A DNA stretch of 59,664 nt, counting the filler, from Gonapodya sp. JEL0774 (taxonomy: Eukaryota), in the NCBI GenBank assembly GCA_027604505.1. It is 10 parts of 10 records of this genome, joined end to end, with 100 filler letters (N's around TTAATTAATTAA, not from the genome) between each part and the next. Parts side by side here need not be neighbours in the genome. Positions count along the whole stretch, not along the records: positions 12,025 to 17,923 come from JADIIX010000653.1; positions 18,024 to 23,921 come from JADIIX010000654.1; positions 24,022 to 29,918 come from JADIIX010000655.1; 7 more parts are not named here. One strand, 5' to 3'. Numbering within the stretch: position 1 is the first letter of the stretch; every line of letters begins with the position of its first letter. Position numbers and translations under genes: made by a program. The notes under the pieces were generated by a model. The model did not search any database and was not told the DNA's origin. It saw only the letters and a list, made by a program, of their open reading frames with translations. Below are positions 12,025-24,136 of the stretch, piece by piece.

Positions 12025-14985
12025 AGCTCCACAACGCTACGATTGCAGATGCGCATGCGAGAGGTGAAATCGAGCAAGCTAGATGAAGAGCCCAGCCAAC
12101 AATCACCTTTGTGCTTTGGCACCTGCATCTGCTTCGGACGCTTCAAACTTCTTTTTCCACTGCTCTTCCCTCTTCTGTGCATCCGCAACAACGGTACTCC
12201 ACTTCCGCTGCTCTGATTTCAGATCAGCTCTAGCATCCGCTGCCCCACGTTCACTGCTTTCCGCTTTGGCCTTCCACCGCTCAAGCTCTCGTTTGGCTCC
12301 CTGACTCGCTTTCACCGCTTCTTCCTCTCGTGCTCGCGATATTCGCACATCCTCCCTGTGCCGAGCTTCGAGAGAGGAAATTCTTGCGACACAAAGGTCG
12401 TCTCGCAGGCGCAATTGTTCGGTGGATGCTGTGATGATTCCGACGAGGCGGCGCTCCAAGGTGGCGAGGGCTTCAGGAGATGCTGCGATCGAATGGTTGG
12501 CTCCTTCAGTAACTACGGATTACGATGGATTCTGATTTTATGTCCGTGCACTCTGCGCTGTGGTGGGAAAGGAAACTCACCTCCTGCATGTTCTCTAGGA
12601 TTCCTGATAATTACTCTTATCCCTTCAACCACATCTCTCACGCTCATACACAGGCTTTCACTCGTCCTCCATGGTACCCATCCAACGGCGACCTGCTCCG
12701 CGTTGATGCAATCTTCATGCATTATCGATTTGATAACTCTTGCGGATAACTCGCCGTACGAGGCTTCCCAGTCGCCAACTAATGAAAAAGAACTAACTGT
12801 CGAGGATGCAGCAACAACATATTTCGGGAGCGGTTGCCGGCAGAGGGCCTAACAATGTCAGAGCGGATCGCCCAATCAATATGACACAACTCAAAATAGT
12901 TCCACCTGTGCACTTACCTCTACCACCTCCTTTGACCCACCTGAGACGACATGCACTGCAATACAGGCATGAGGAACCCACGGCGTAGATGTTTCTGCGG
13001 CGTGCTCCGCAGCCGTAGAGATGCTTGCAATGAGCAGTCCTAGTGAAATGGCCGACACGGAGGAAGCATTTGACGACGTGGAGGATGAAGACTTTGAGCT
13101 AGCCGAGACATTGGAAGATGTGGCAGCTCCGTGTATTGCGGATGCCGCGTCGTGTGTTTCGATGGGAACATCGGATCGCCTGACGCCGCTCAACCGTTAC
13201 AACAGCAAAATCCATTGTTGCGATGAAATCACTCACCAGCCACCTATCTTGCCTCCTGCAATCGCAGCAAACTTCGCTATCTTCCCAGCAGCGCACTGCA
13301 ATTGTTCTACCGCCTCAGCCGCCAGTAGATCCTCGGTGGTGAGCTGAGAAGCGACATTTGTGAGGGAGGAAACAGCCCAATGAACGGTCCTTTTGGTGGC
13401 ACGGTCTATCTCGATGGTTGACACACCGGGGGTTGGAACGGTCTGTGAGAGGCAACGTTGGGGATGAATGGAGAGGGTGACCGGGTATTATGGGTCCTGG
13501 TCCACCATAGTTAACAACGCCACCCACCTCAACCAACTGAAACGCCTCCAACACCAAGGCAAATGTCTCATCCATGACTGGACTTATACTTCCTTTCCGG
13601 AGCAGCGCTTCGTCGAAATCGTTGGTGACTCCACTCAGAATCGCCTTCAACCCTCGGGGTTTGAGGACAGACGACGCAGTGGCAAGTCGAGTGGGTACAT
13701 TGGGGGAGCGAAGGAGGAGTCTGAGAAAGAGGAGACGTTCGATGTGGGATGCCCGCAGTCCTTCTGATTCTGAAGGGGTATCTTCCTTCCTCCCAAGCGC
13801 CATCACAACCTCTCCCAAAAAGTCGCCCACTCCAACTCCTTCCGGCGCGCCGAATTTGGCCAGTACCGCTGCGGCGCAACAGGAGGCATCGCGAACGAGG
13901 AATGGGGAGGACACGGGGGACGAGGCGAGATGGAAGCACAGCCGGAGTGTGGTTGATAGGTTTGGGGGCCGGAAAAGCTGTTGAAACGCGTTTGTTAAAA
14001 ACCACCTTTGTGAAACCTTCTGTATTTCAAGTGCACCTACCTCTTTACCGACGTCCTCGCCTCCCGCACCACCCTCGGCAAAAATTCTTAGAGCTGCCAC
14101 AACCACCCTCTGGTCCGGCTGATCCAAAAGTTCTGCAAGGTTTCGCAGGAGGGGTCGTGGAGCGTGATGTTCAAGGCTAGAACGGCTCTTGGAATGGTGG
14201 AGCAACAAGTGTGCGAGACATCGAAGAGGGAGGAGGAGTCTACATATATTCAGGAGCAAAGCGCAGAGGCGAACCTCACTGTAGCGTTAGCGAATGATCA
14301 ATGAGCAGATCCGGAGCACGCACGGGCTTTCACATTCTGATATTGTGCGAGGGTTCTCATTGGTGGCGACGCCGGCTTTTTCACGGGGTGATTGCGGCGT
14401 GTGTTGGTGGTTGATACTTAATTGCCCAATTCATTGATATAATGAAGTCGCAGCTGAGAATCAAGCATGATTAGAATTATCCCTACATGGAGTTGATACA
14501 AATGTTGACAATGCGTTCAGCTCCCGATGCTTGGTGGTCCACATCCTTCTCAACGTCTTCCTTAGCGGCGGTTTGAACAGTTGGACCGAGCCGGGGAGGG
14601 ACAGACGCCAGTAGTGCCACAACCTGAGAATTTCATCTCAGTGTCCAGCAAGAAAAGTGCGATTCCAAGCTGAGTTAGCACACCTCCGTCGTGTATGCGT
14701 CTTTCGATTCCTCCCGAGCAATATCCGAGCAATTATCTCCAACAATATCCAGGACACTTGGCTCCCAAAGGCAACCAGGGACCAAGATACTGACAGAGGG
14801 GGTTAACACTTTAATGAAGACATCCGAAAACGTGACAGTCGTGATTGATTTGACAAGGTGTCAGCCGCGGAATAACGAACTAGTCGCTCACAGAAACGGC
14901 GCAAATCGGCCACAGCCGCAGCATCCCCGCCCAAAAGTCCCGCAATTGCTCCCACAGCTTCGGAGGCAGGAGATCGCGCAGTCAT
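12025..14985 (-). CDS. Large multi-exon hypothetical protein (Leu-rich helical region plus C-terminal coiled coil); 3' end uncertain
   Basis: ATG at 14985 followed by a GTGAGC donor; long exon 13315-14259; coiled-coil exon 12103-12459 (EEAVKASQGAKRELERWKAKAE). Confidence 0.55.
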
Positions 14986-15112
14986 CGAGGATATCGAACT
15001 CGACTCGTGGAGTGAAGGCCGATTCTAAGCTGGGAACTGTGGTCCGTCGTAGCCCTTGCACACAAGTAATTTTTGAATCTTCGCAACTCCAACTCGAATC
15101 GCTTTGAACTCG

Positions 15113-17595
15113 ATGCTCCGCGCCCCCAGCCATACTTACGCCGTTCGCATTGATGGGCATAAACTGCAGTTTGAGGATATCGGGCTGCTCGGTGAAGGGA
15201 CATTCGGAAAGTAATTAGCTCATCGAATGCTCAATTCCTGTTCAGAATCTGATTCGACGAATATCGGGTCTGGTTACGACGCAAAGGGTCCGCCTGCTCT
15301 CCTGCATCAGCAATCCTGATATTCGAATTGCGGCTAAGGAAGTTGACCTGCGATTGATTCCACCGCAGGCGAGAAAAGGACTGGAGAAAGAAGTCATTAT
15401 TCTGCAAAACTTGAACCACCCAAACATCATTAAGCTGGTGGCCAAGCACGAAAATGAACGCGCTTTTGTTATTTTCATGGAGTGGGCGGAAGGAGGAGAG
15501 CTCTTTGACCGGATAGGTTAGAGCTGTCTCTTCGTTGGCTGCGCTTTCAGCCAATCACAGCACACGGTTTCATCATATACCCATAGCACCCGACATCGGC
15601 ATCGACGAAGACCTCGCGCACCTTTATTTTGTTCAGTTGATTCACGCAGTGGTAGGTGGTTGGAATTGACTACCCTGCAACCACGAGTTTTTCAGGACCG
15701 AGCGCATTATTCTACAAGGAACACCTCCACTCCCGAGGAATCAGCCACAGAGACCTCAAACCTGAAGTAAGTGCTCTATGTTGCTTTGGTGGGAGAATCT
15801 GCCCCTCAACTTCGCGATAGAACATACTGCTAGATTCGTCTGGCAACCTTAAACTCTCTGATTTTGGCCTCGCAACCGTTTTCAAGGATGACAAGGGTCG
15901 ACGACGAGCGATACAAAGCCCTTGCGGGACACCTCCATATGTTGGTGCGTTCACAAGGCACAGGAGTTGAGAAACTGCAACCTCATCCTCACTGTGATTG
16001 TAGCACCTGAGATATACAAGCCATATGAAGGGGACGCCATCGATATCTGGTCCTGTGGGGTTATCCTTTACGTGTTGTTGTGTGGAAGTGAGTAACGCGA
16101 TACTCTCAATTGAGAACCTCGAACACTGTACAGAATGACTGTCCGGATCTTGCCAAAATCAAGACACACCGTGGGACGAACCGACCATTCGTGCTCCGGA
16201 ATTTGCTCACTTCAAAAAATACTACCCGTCACTTAATTACGCCCCTTGGAATCAGTTCCCGCCTCAAGCGCTATGTCAGTTCAACTCCTTGTCAGGCGAA
16301 CTTCACCTGCTTGAGAACCGAAATCCTAACGTACTACCGCTCTGGTTGAAGCGCTCTTACGTGGTATTCTCTCCATCGATCCTGCACAGCGGTTCACTGT
16401 GAGTCAAATCAAAGCTCACCCATGGTTCACGCGGTCCGTAGTCCCCCTACCAGTTCATGGTCTCACTTGCTTTCTCGCGATCGTGACGAACACCAACGGA
16501 TTTTCTCCCGTACCGCAGATCCAACCCAGTTCTGCATGGTGGCTCCATCACGAACGTGGACCTCGTAGCACGGAAGCTCGCTGCCGCTGCTGGAACCGAC
16601 AATATCAGCCAAGAATCGGATGCAGACTTCACTCCCCCGTGAGCTAAAGATCTTTTCCCCCCTTCTTGTACTCCAGGCTTAGTCTCGTGATCGATCACTT
16701 TGGGGTTCCAAAAGAATCGCTTATTCCCAGCCAGACGCGCTCCCTGGCCATCTTTTTCACGACTTCACGATGGGCGGCGGCGACCACCGTGCCATCGCGT
16801 CGTTTAGCCAGCCCTTGGTGGACATCCGAAACACGATGATGCCTGCGTCGCCGACAAGTCAGACTCAATCGAGTGTGAGAGTGATGATTTGAGAAAGCTT
16901 TCGGATTAAACTTTCACCTGAACTCCTCGTTCGCATATTGGTGACTTCAGTCTCAGGCGCAAGCCAAGATAACAGCTCAACTTTTGACACGATATTTCAG
17001 GTGGGTTACACGCTCGTGCGCCAAATGACACCTTTTGTAAAACCAACATTTGCACACCATTTTCAGCACCGTTCCCGAGGATGCTCTAAGGGAGCAGATT
17101 TGTGGCCTTCTGGAACAATTCTTGGTCACGTTCAAGGCTCACGCCAAACCAACAAAGGTGGGCATTCTGAGGAGTCGGTCTACGTTTCCGCCGAGGAGCA
17201 CGAGGGTTTTGCACTAATGTACTGGATCTCCGGTCTGAACAGATCGTGTTCGCAACCACAGACAAGCGAAAGTGCCCACTTAAAGGTGAAATCCGAATCC
17301 AAAACATGCCGAAGTTTGGTCAGCGATTAGTTCAGTTCAAGAAAACGAAGGTATGCACTTACTTCTTTCAGTATGATGTGAAAGAGAAGGGTCCATCACA
17401 TGTTCGGTGACCAATGTGTCTCTCAAGGGCGACCCCATTGAGTTCAAGCGCTTTTTCAAAGCACTGCATGACGCTTCCATCAAGGCTTCTAAGAAACTGA
17501 AGGGCGACGTTGACGCTGACGGGGATGTGAACATGAATGAAGATGGAGAGCCATCTGCGATAGATTCTCGGACGAGCAATAGAGCTGAGTTTTGA
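15113..17595 (+). CDS. CHK1: Checkpoint kinase 1, multi-exon
   Basis: [74 protein letters not shown], and C-terminal KA1 motif [12 protein letters not shown]. Confidence 0.93.
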
Positions 17596-17923
17596 CACGG
17601 GCTGACGCAGATTTTTTTGATTGGAGCTGTATTTACTGCGCTAGCTGAGAGATACTTCTTTTATATTGATCGAAGATGTGGTGGGGGTGCAAAGCGGAAC
17701 GTCATGGTGCTCACAAAGTCACCGTAAACAGAGAACGACATTATATCTAAATGTATATGTGCCCACATATTTTTACAGTAATCTCCACGTAAATCACGGC
17801 GTTGTCCATGCATCAGAAGGTGATAATTGGTCCGAAGAGTTGCGGGAGCAGGGGAGCTGCCAAAGCAGATCAGGAGCTTCCATCTTCGCAACCTCTTCAC
17901 CTAGTTTTCACTCGGGGAAGTTC

Positions 17924-18023
17924 NNNNNNNNNNNNNNNNNNNNNNNNNNNNNNNNNNNNNNNNNNNNTTAATTAATTAANNNNNNNNNNNNNNNNNNNNN
18001 NNNNNNNNNNNNNNNNNNNNNNN
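17924..18023. other. Artificial contig spacer
   Basis: N44-TTAATTAATTAA-N44. Confidence 0.99.
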
Positions 18024-18707
18024 TTATCCCCGGCAGACATCATGGTGGCTTCAGCGTTTCCTGCACGACGGACCTTTGCGAATCCAAAATCCGCCACCAT
18101 TGGGTTTCCATTCTCGTCAATAAGAACATTCTGCGGTTTGAGGTCAGCATGTGTGACTCCGTGGTGATGTATGTGTTGGAGCCCCTTGGCTGTTCCGAGC
18201 ATCTGAGAGGGGGAAACCCCCGTTGAACTACTATTGGTCATACGTACACAAAATAGAGCTTACCAGTTCATACTTTTCGAGGTCGCGGAGTTTCTGCGAC
18301 TCCAAATATCGCTGCATGTCTCCCTTGCTAGCGTACTTGCATACAAGGGATGGTTTCTGACCGTCGTAGAAGACGCCATACAGGGGCAGTACGTGTGAGT
18401 GTTTCGGAATGTTCCACCATATCTTGATTTCCTGGAGAAAGTCCTATGCCCTTCGTTTGAATTACACCAACCGACCGTAGAACGAGCAAAAGGTGCAACA
18501 TCGACTTACTCGAATGTTATCTGTAGACGGTGATGCTGTGGGAAGCGTCTTCACAACGACCTCGACGCTCGAGCCCCACAAAGCGCTGCCTGGGCGCCAC
18601 GTTGCCTTCACCGCTACGCCAAATCCCCCGACGCCAACAATGGACCCGTTGGATCGAATGTTTTTGATGATTGCCGGATCGGTGGAACTGGGGCCACTGG
18701 ACAACAT
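18024..18707 (-). CDS. Tyrosine-kinase-like (TKL) protein kinase, N-terminal part, 3' truncated
   Basis: GVGGFGVAVKATW...VVVK; FLQEIKIW...HSHVLPLYG; HADLKPQNVLI...DFGFAK across GT-AG introns. Confidence 0.88.
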
Positions 18708-20390
18708 ATTAGAATCGTGTCTGAAAGGCGATCACGGATACAGCTTGGCGCTTTGTGGTTATGGAAGTGAGAGCCTGTAGAGGACTGCACGGGATGAAGA
18801 GAAGGGACGGAAACGTACGATGATGCTTGCTGTGACCGAACCCTCACACACGGACCACATTCATCCGGCCCTGCCCACACTTGTGTGGCAAATTAAGTAA
18901 GTCGAATAGGCGTGCGCACAACGCAGAAAATTAATTTGAGCGGATGTAAAAATAAGCAATGGTATAGCACGTAAGTTGCTGTCATATCTACCCGGCACGT
19001 GTCAACACACAACATGTTTGGACAATGTGTGTATCCATTCAATTTCGACTTCCTCTGTACGAACAGTGACTCAGCATGAGATGTGATGTTCTCATAAATT
19101 CGAGACCTGGGGAACACGGTGGTATTTTCTTTCTTCTTGAGAATCATGGAACACGGGGTGAATTGGACTCTGTTCATCCTGCCCAGAGAACGGGGCATCC
19201 TTTGCGTGAGAAACAGCAGCAATGTTAGGCTTCAAGGATGGAACTGCGCTCAACTCTTGCGCTTAGCGGTTGTTGTGTGTTGTCAGCGTCTCCATTATCG
19301 AGCTGAATCCCAATATCCAGCCTCGGTTTCCAGTTCATTATCAGCAGTGGCAGCGGCGTTTTGGAGATATGTTTTGACTACTGTGGCCCGCTCCAATCTG
19401 CATGGCCGAGCTGTTGGAGCTGTTGTACGTCGTCGTTGGGACAACCATGTGTACGATAAACGTTGCTTTCGGGGGGTTGAAGTTTTCATTTCTCCGAATC
19501 GTGCGTCTCGAACACACGCTATCAGCATTGGTCGAGTGCGTCTTCTTTCCGTTGCAACGCAACCTTGGTTTTCCGTGGGCGTTGTTCCGGTATCTGGGTT
19601 TCAGTCTCGCTTTCATTCATGAAAACCACCCCAAAACGTGATAGCTTGATATCCAAGATGGCTTAGTAAAGTAGTCTCGAGCAAGTACGATCTTCCGCAG
19701 AGATGGAACGACACGCAGGTGAGACTGAATTTCGCCCCCACAAAATCAGAACCTGAGAAGGCGGGGGAACACGGCTGCACGTGTCCGATTTGCTGATTTG
19801 TTGCGAAGATGTTGGCTGCAATGATTTGAAACGTCCACGGATTGTTGGAGTGGATTTATGCTTGATTTTCTGTGCTTGATTTTCTGGTGGTCGCGGTTCC
19901 CGAGGTTGTTTTGGACCTAGTACGATATGCGGAAACTCGCCGTTCCATTTCACTCCCCCAATCACATCAAGCTGGTGTCCTCACCAGATATGCCCTACAT
20001 CAGGCAATTGACTAAACATGTGTGAACGTCATTTCTCTATTGCCGCTTCAAATAATGCAAGCTCTTCCAAGAAGGAATCGGATCTTGAATTCACTTGCCG
20101 CACCTTCTTTTCGTTCATGGGGCAACCTGGTACGTTATTGTGCAGGGGAACCCTCAGGGGATCACCCTTTCAATGGACGAGTCATGTGCGGCGGTCAACA
20201 CCCACGTCCTACTTATGGAACCAACCGGCACTGGAATGGAATGGAATGGCAGCTAAACCCGACTCTTGCAATGGAATCAAAACGCGACCCGCACTTTTTG
20301 GATTTAGAATGGAACGGAGCATAAATTTGTTATCTTAGGACTCGGTTTCCCTCCTCTCTTCTTTGGATTCCGTTTCGCTTGGACGCTCTT

Positions 20391-20910
20391 CGAACCAACA
20401 CTTTCTGGGCCGGCAAAGAAGAATAGGCAGGAAAACGGACGGAATCGCGGCGCAAAGTAGAATGAGAGAAGGATTGCCGGTGGATTGGACTGCAACAGGT
20501 GATTTTATTTCAAATCAACTTCAGCGGGTGTGTCCTAGTTCTGTCCTTTTCATAGACACCCGTCTTCCTTCTCATCGTCGCGACGTATATCAATTGAATG
20601 AAAGCGAGGATAAATACGGGTTTTGTACTCGATTTGTCCCCTTTTCTCCCTTGTCCAATACCCCCCATTGTGTCGTCAAGCTCGCATAGTCCGAGCCAAC
20701 ACTTTCTGGGCCGGTAACGGAAGATAGACAGAAACACGGACCTAATCGTCGCGATAAATAGAGCGAGCAAAGGATTGCCAGTGATTCGGACTACAATAGG
20801 TGAGTTTCTATTACGAATCAGTGTGTGCTCGATGGTGATTCTATCCGTTTCAGAGGACACCGTCGTCCTTCCCATCATAGCTACGCTATCTCAATTGAAT
20901 GAAAACAGCT
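20391..20910. repeat. Diverged tandem duplication, ~300-bp period
   Basis: CCAACACTTTCTGGGCCGG at ~20395 and ~20696; both copies share GGATTGCC and end with TCAATTGAATGAAA. Confidence 0.75.
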
Positions 20911-21664
20911 TATCAATGAAGGCTGTGGGGTGGTGTAACTATATGCGTCTCATCCCAAACGTTACTGTATAGTGTTTCTGCGTTCTAATGTTGGTACAGC
21001 ATGCATGTACTGCCAACGCTTGCCGCATTGCAATACGTTAGAACAGGCGTAATACGATAAATACGACTCGCTTTATGTAATCACGCGACGCGCTGATGGC
21101 TGCCAGTTGACTACGACTACCACCTGAAAATAAAAACTCACCTGTTGCAGTCGAATCCGGGAACAAGCACAAGCACCGTCCGATGGATGCCACCACGCCC
21201 ACCAAACCACTCGACCACTCGACCACAACACTTCCGGGAGGGACCATCTGTTGTTGAAGTCAATTGCCTCCGGCGGACTCTGCCCGTCACTGACCACTCC
21301 GTAATGCTGGTAGTGGGAGTGGGTGGGAGTGGGTGGTGGGTTCGTGGAGTGGGTGATGGAGTGCGGTGATCACAAGTCTCCGTGAGAGGGAGAGGGGAGT
21401 ACGGAAGAGTCGTTTTTCCCTCTTCACCCCTTGCGCTCAGTCTGGCTTGAGTGCTTAAGGTCTTTAAGCTCCTGTCCCAGACTCGTATCTTCGTGTCGTG
21501 TTACACTTGTGTGTGCTTGCGCGAGTGCCCACGAAGCGATCCAGAGTGGCGAGCGAGAGGGAGTCTGTGCCGTATGCCTGTGCCGTGATGTTGTAGTAGT
21601 AGGGGGTGCGACGAGTCCTTGCGGGGTGTGTATGTATTATGTCGCTCAAACTGGTCTTGTCGCC

Positions 21665-23720
21665 CAAACCCGTGGCCTCTTTTACCCCGTTTGTTTTCTT
21701 TTCTTTCTTCCCTTTCTTATTCTTCTTGTCTGATTTTTCCTTTCTTTCCCATCTCTTGTGTCTGGGAGCATCGAACGGTGGTGTTCCTGTTGCTGGTCCG
21801 CTCTTCTGTATGTTGGATTCTCTGGGCCCCATGTCCTTCTTTCGTTTCTAACTCTGTCCGTTACATAATATTCGATTATATCTGATATTCCACTCTGCTG
21901 GTTCCAGCTGTGATCCCATGGGCAGAAATGGCGAAACGGGGAAGGTGTAGGCTGGTTCGGCAGCACGCATACGCCAGGTGCAGAGACAGTGCAAGATACA
22001 ACAACCCAATATCAAAAAGTATCTTCCTGGCACTCGTACAGCTCTGTCGCACCAGACTAGGAAGGTGGGACGGGCGGACTGGTGGAGTGCAGGGGACACC
22101 TCCCACCGCACAACTCTCGTCCGCAAGTGTAGTGTTACGTCTAAACATGATGTTAGGGTTTTGATCAAGAAATGGCGTTTCATAACAGGGTCCATACTGA
22201 TAACAAAGGCTTGCGCATTAATTGCAAACACGTCCCCGCGACTTTAAACAAAAGCTTTCACATGCTATATCATATGAATACATCGTTTCCTGTGATCGTT
22301 CATCGTAGGCGACTGGAGCGTCATGTGTGCAGCTGCGTGGGGATCGGAATTTATCCGTTCTACCCCGCTTCTTACCAGTTTGGAAGCTACGCCCATACAC
22401 CTTTTACTGTTCCGACGCGCTCTGATGTGACGCTGCTTGGCAGCCTTGTGCCAAAGCTATGTAGACTTGGTGAGGTCTTTCTCGGCAGCCCCGGCTGTTG
22501 GCGTTGCACTATCTGAGTTCGTCCTGGGCTTCAGCGTAGCCCTGGTCCGCCGCCGTCCTGAACCATGCGAGTGCCGTTCCCTCGTCCTTTCAAAAGACCT
22601 CAACACACGCACACCGTGGCCCCCGCGGTCTGAGACCGGATCTACTCCTGCCCTCTTGTCTTTCCTCTCGTTTTCCATCTATGGTACACTCGCACCCGCA
22701 ATATACACACATTCCCAGTACAGTACACTCGGGCCACCCATTCCCCGTTCCCTCGCCGTCCTTAACTCCCGTCCCCACTACCCCACCACCCCACTTCACG
22801 TCTGTATCACGTCGTAATTCACCTGCGTCAGCCGCGATTGTAGGGCGTCCGGTCGCGGTCGTGGAAAAGGTCTCCACGGACGTAGTCCGATGCTGAGGCC
22901 CCAGTGATCGAGGTCAAAGGTGTGGTCCGAGTAGCCTCTTCTCCACCGTTTTGTTCTTTTCTTTCTTCCCAATCCCTCCCTTTCTCCTTCTTCTTGTCTG
23001 ATTGTTCCTTTCTTTGCCATCTCTTGTGTCAGCGTGCAACTGACGGTGCTGTTCATGTTGCTGGTCCGCTCTCGTGTCTGTGAATTTATCTGACCCCCAT
23101 GTCCTTCTTTCCTTTTTCACTCGGTCTATTACATAATACTCAAATAACTCTATTAGCAGTCCGCTCTGCTGGTTCCAGCTGTGATCCCATGGATTAAATG
23201 GGGAGGTGAACCGGGCGGAACTGGCGGAGTGCAAGGGACACCTCCCCCGTCCACAACAGTCATGCACAGCATGTTAATACCTCGAAAAAATGGTGTTACA
23301 TCTTGGCACGGTTTGGGAAAGAAATGGCGTCACGTAACAGACCGGGTCAATACCGATTACAAAACCTTTCGTATTGATTGCAAACACGTCCCCGCGACTT
23401 TCAATAAAGCGATCACATGTTATATCATAGATTACATGGTTTCCTGTGATCGTTCATCGTAGGCGACTGGAGCGTCATGTGTGCAGCTGCGTGGGGGTCG
23501 GACTTTATCCGTTCCAGTCCACTTCTTACCCGTTTGGAAACTACGCGCCCCTACACCTTTTACTGCTCTGACGCGTGGTGATATGACGCTGCTTGGTAAC
23601 CTTGCACCACAGTGCTGTAGACTTGGTTAGGTCTTTCTCGACGCCCCGCCCATTGGCGTTGCACTATCTGAGTTCCTTCTGCGCTGCACCGTGGCCCTGA
23701 TCGGCAGCCTTCGTGTACCA
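21665..23720. repeat. Diverged tandem segmental duplication (~21665-22600 vs ~22925-23720) holding the 3' end of a Sel1 gene
   Basis: Shared blocks CTCTGCTGGTTCCAGCTGTGATCCCATGG and TTCCTGTGATCGTTCATCGTAGGCGACTGGAGCGTCATGTGTGCAGCTGCGTGGGG. Confidence 0.85.
22430..22600 (-). pseudogene. Sel1-like repeat fragment, 5' truncated and frameshifted
   Basis: KDEGTALAWFRTAADQGYAEAQDELR* followed by a degenerate repeat. Confidence 0.7.
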
Positions 23721-23921
23721 CGCGACCGCAGTTCTCTCGTCCTTTTCCACGCCCCGCCCGTACTTGTAGCAGACACCGAGGCCGTATTGCGCTTGTGCGT
23801 CGCCCTGGTCTGCTGCCTTCCTGTACCACGCCACTGCCGTTCTCTCGTTCTTCTCAACGCCCTGCCCGTTCTTGTAGCAGACACCGAGGTTGCACTGCGC
23901 TTTTGCGTTGCCCTGGTCCGC
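23664..23921 (-). CDS. Sel1-like repeat protein, 3' end (5' part beyond the contig)
   Basis: 108-bp repeats: ADQGNAKAQCNLGVCYKNGQGVEKNERTAVAWYRKAADQGDAQAQYGLGVCYKYGRGVEKDERTAVAWYTKAADQG. Confidence 0.88.
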   Translation of the reverse strand, partial: ADQGNAKAQCNLGVCYKNGQGVEKNERTAVAWYRKAADQGDAQAQYGLGVCYKYGRGVEKDERTAVAWYTKAADQGHGAAQKELR

Positions 23922-24021
23922 NNNNNNNNNNNNNNNNNNNNNNNNNNNNNNNNNNNNNNNNNNNNTTAATTAATTAANNNNNNNNNNNNNNNNNNNNNNN
24001 NNNNNNNNNNNNNNNNNNNNN
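23922..24021. other. Artificial contig spacer
   Basis: N44-TTAATTAATTAA-N44. Confidence 0.99.
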
Positions 24022-24128
24022 CGGCTTCCAGAGGGGAGGGAATCATTTTTTAAAAATCGGTTCAGGGGTCTCGGCTTCCCCTGTAGGGGGGGGAAGCCTG
24101 GGAAGCCGGAATTTAGTGTTAAATTCCA
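24022..24128. repeat. Inverted-repeat-rich segment, possible DNA transposon terminus
   Basis: CGGCTTCC twice and GGAAGCC twice; hairpin GGCTTCCCC...GGGGAAGCC; TAGTG (reverse complement of CACTA) at ~24114-24118. Confidence 0.4.
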
Positions 24129-24136
24129 ACATCCGC

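Noticed and set aside
21190..21365. C-rich tract followed by G-rich tract (GGGAGTGGGTGGGAGTGGG), possible G-quadruplex or hairpin
   Set aside because: Low-complexity sequence with imperfect pairing and no independent support for function.
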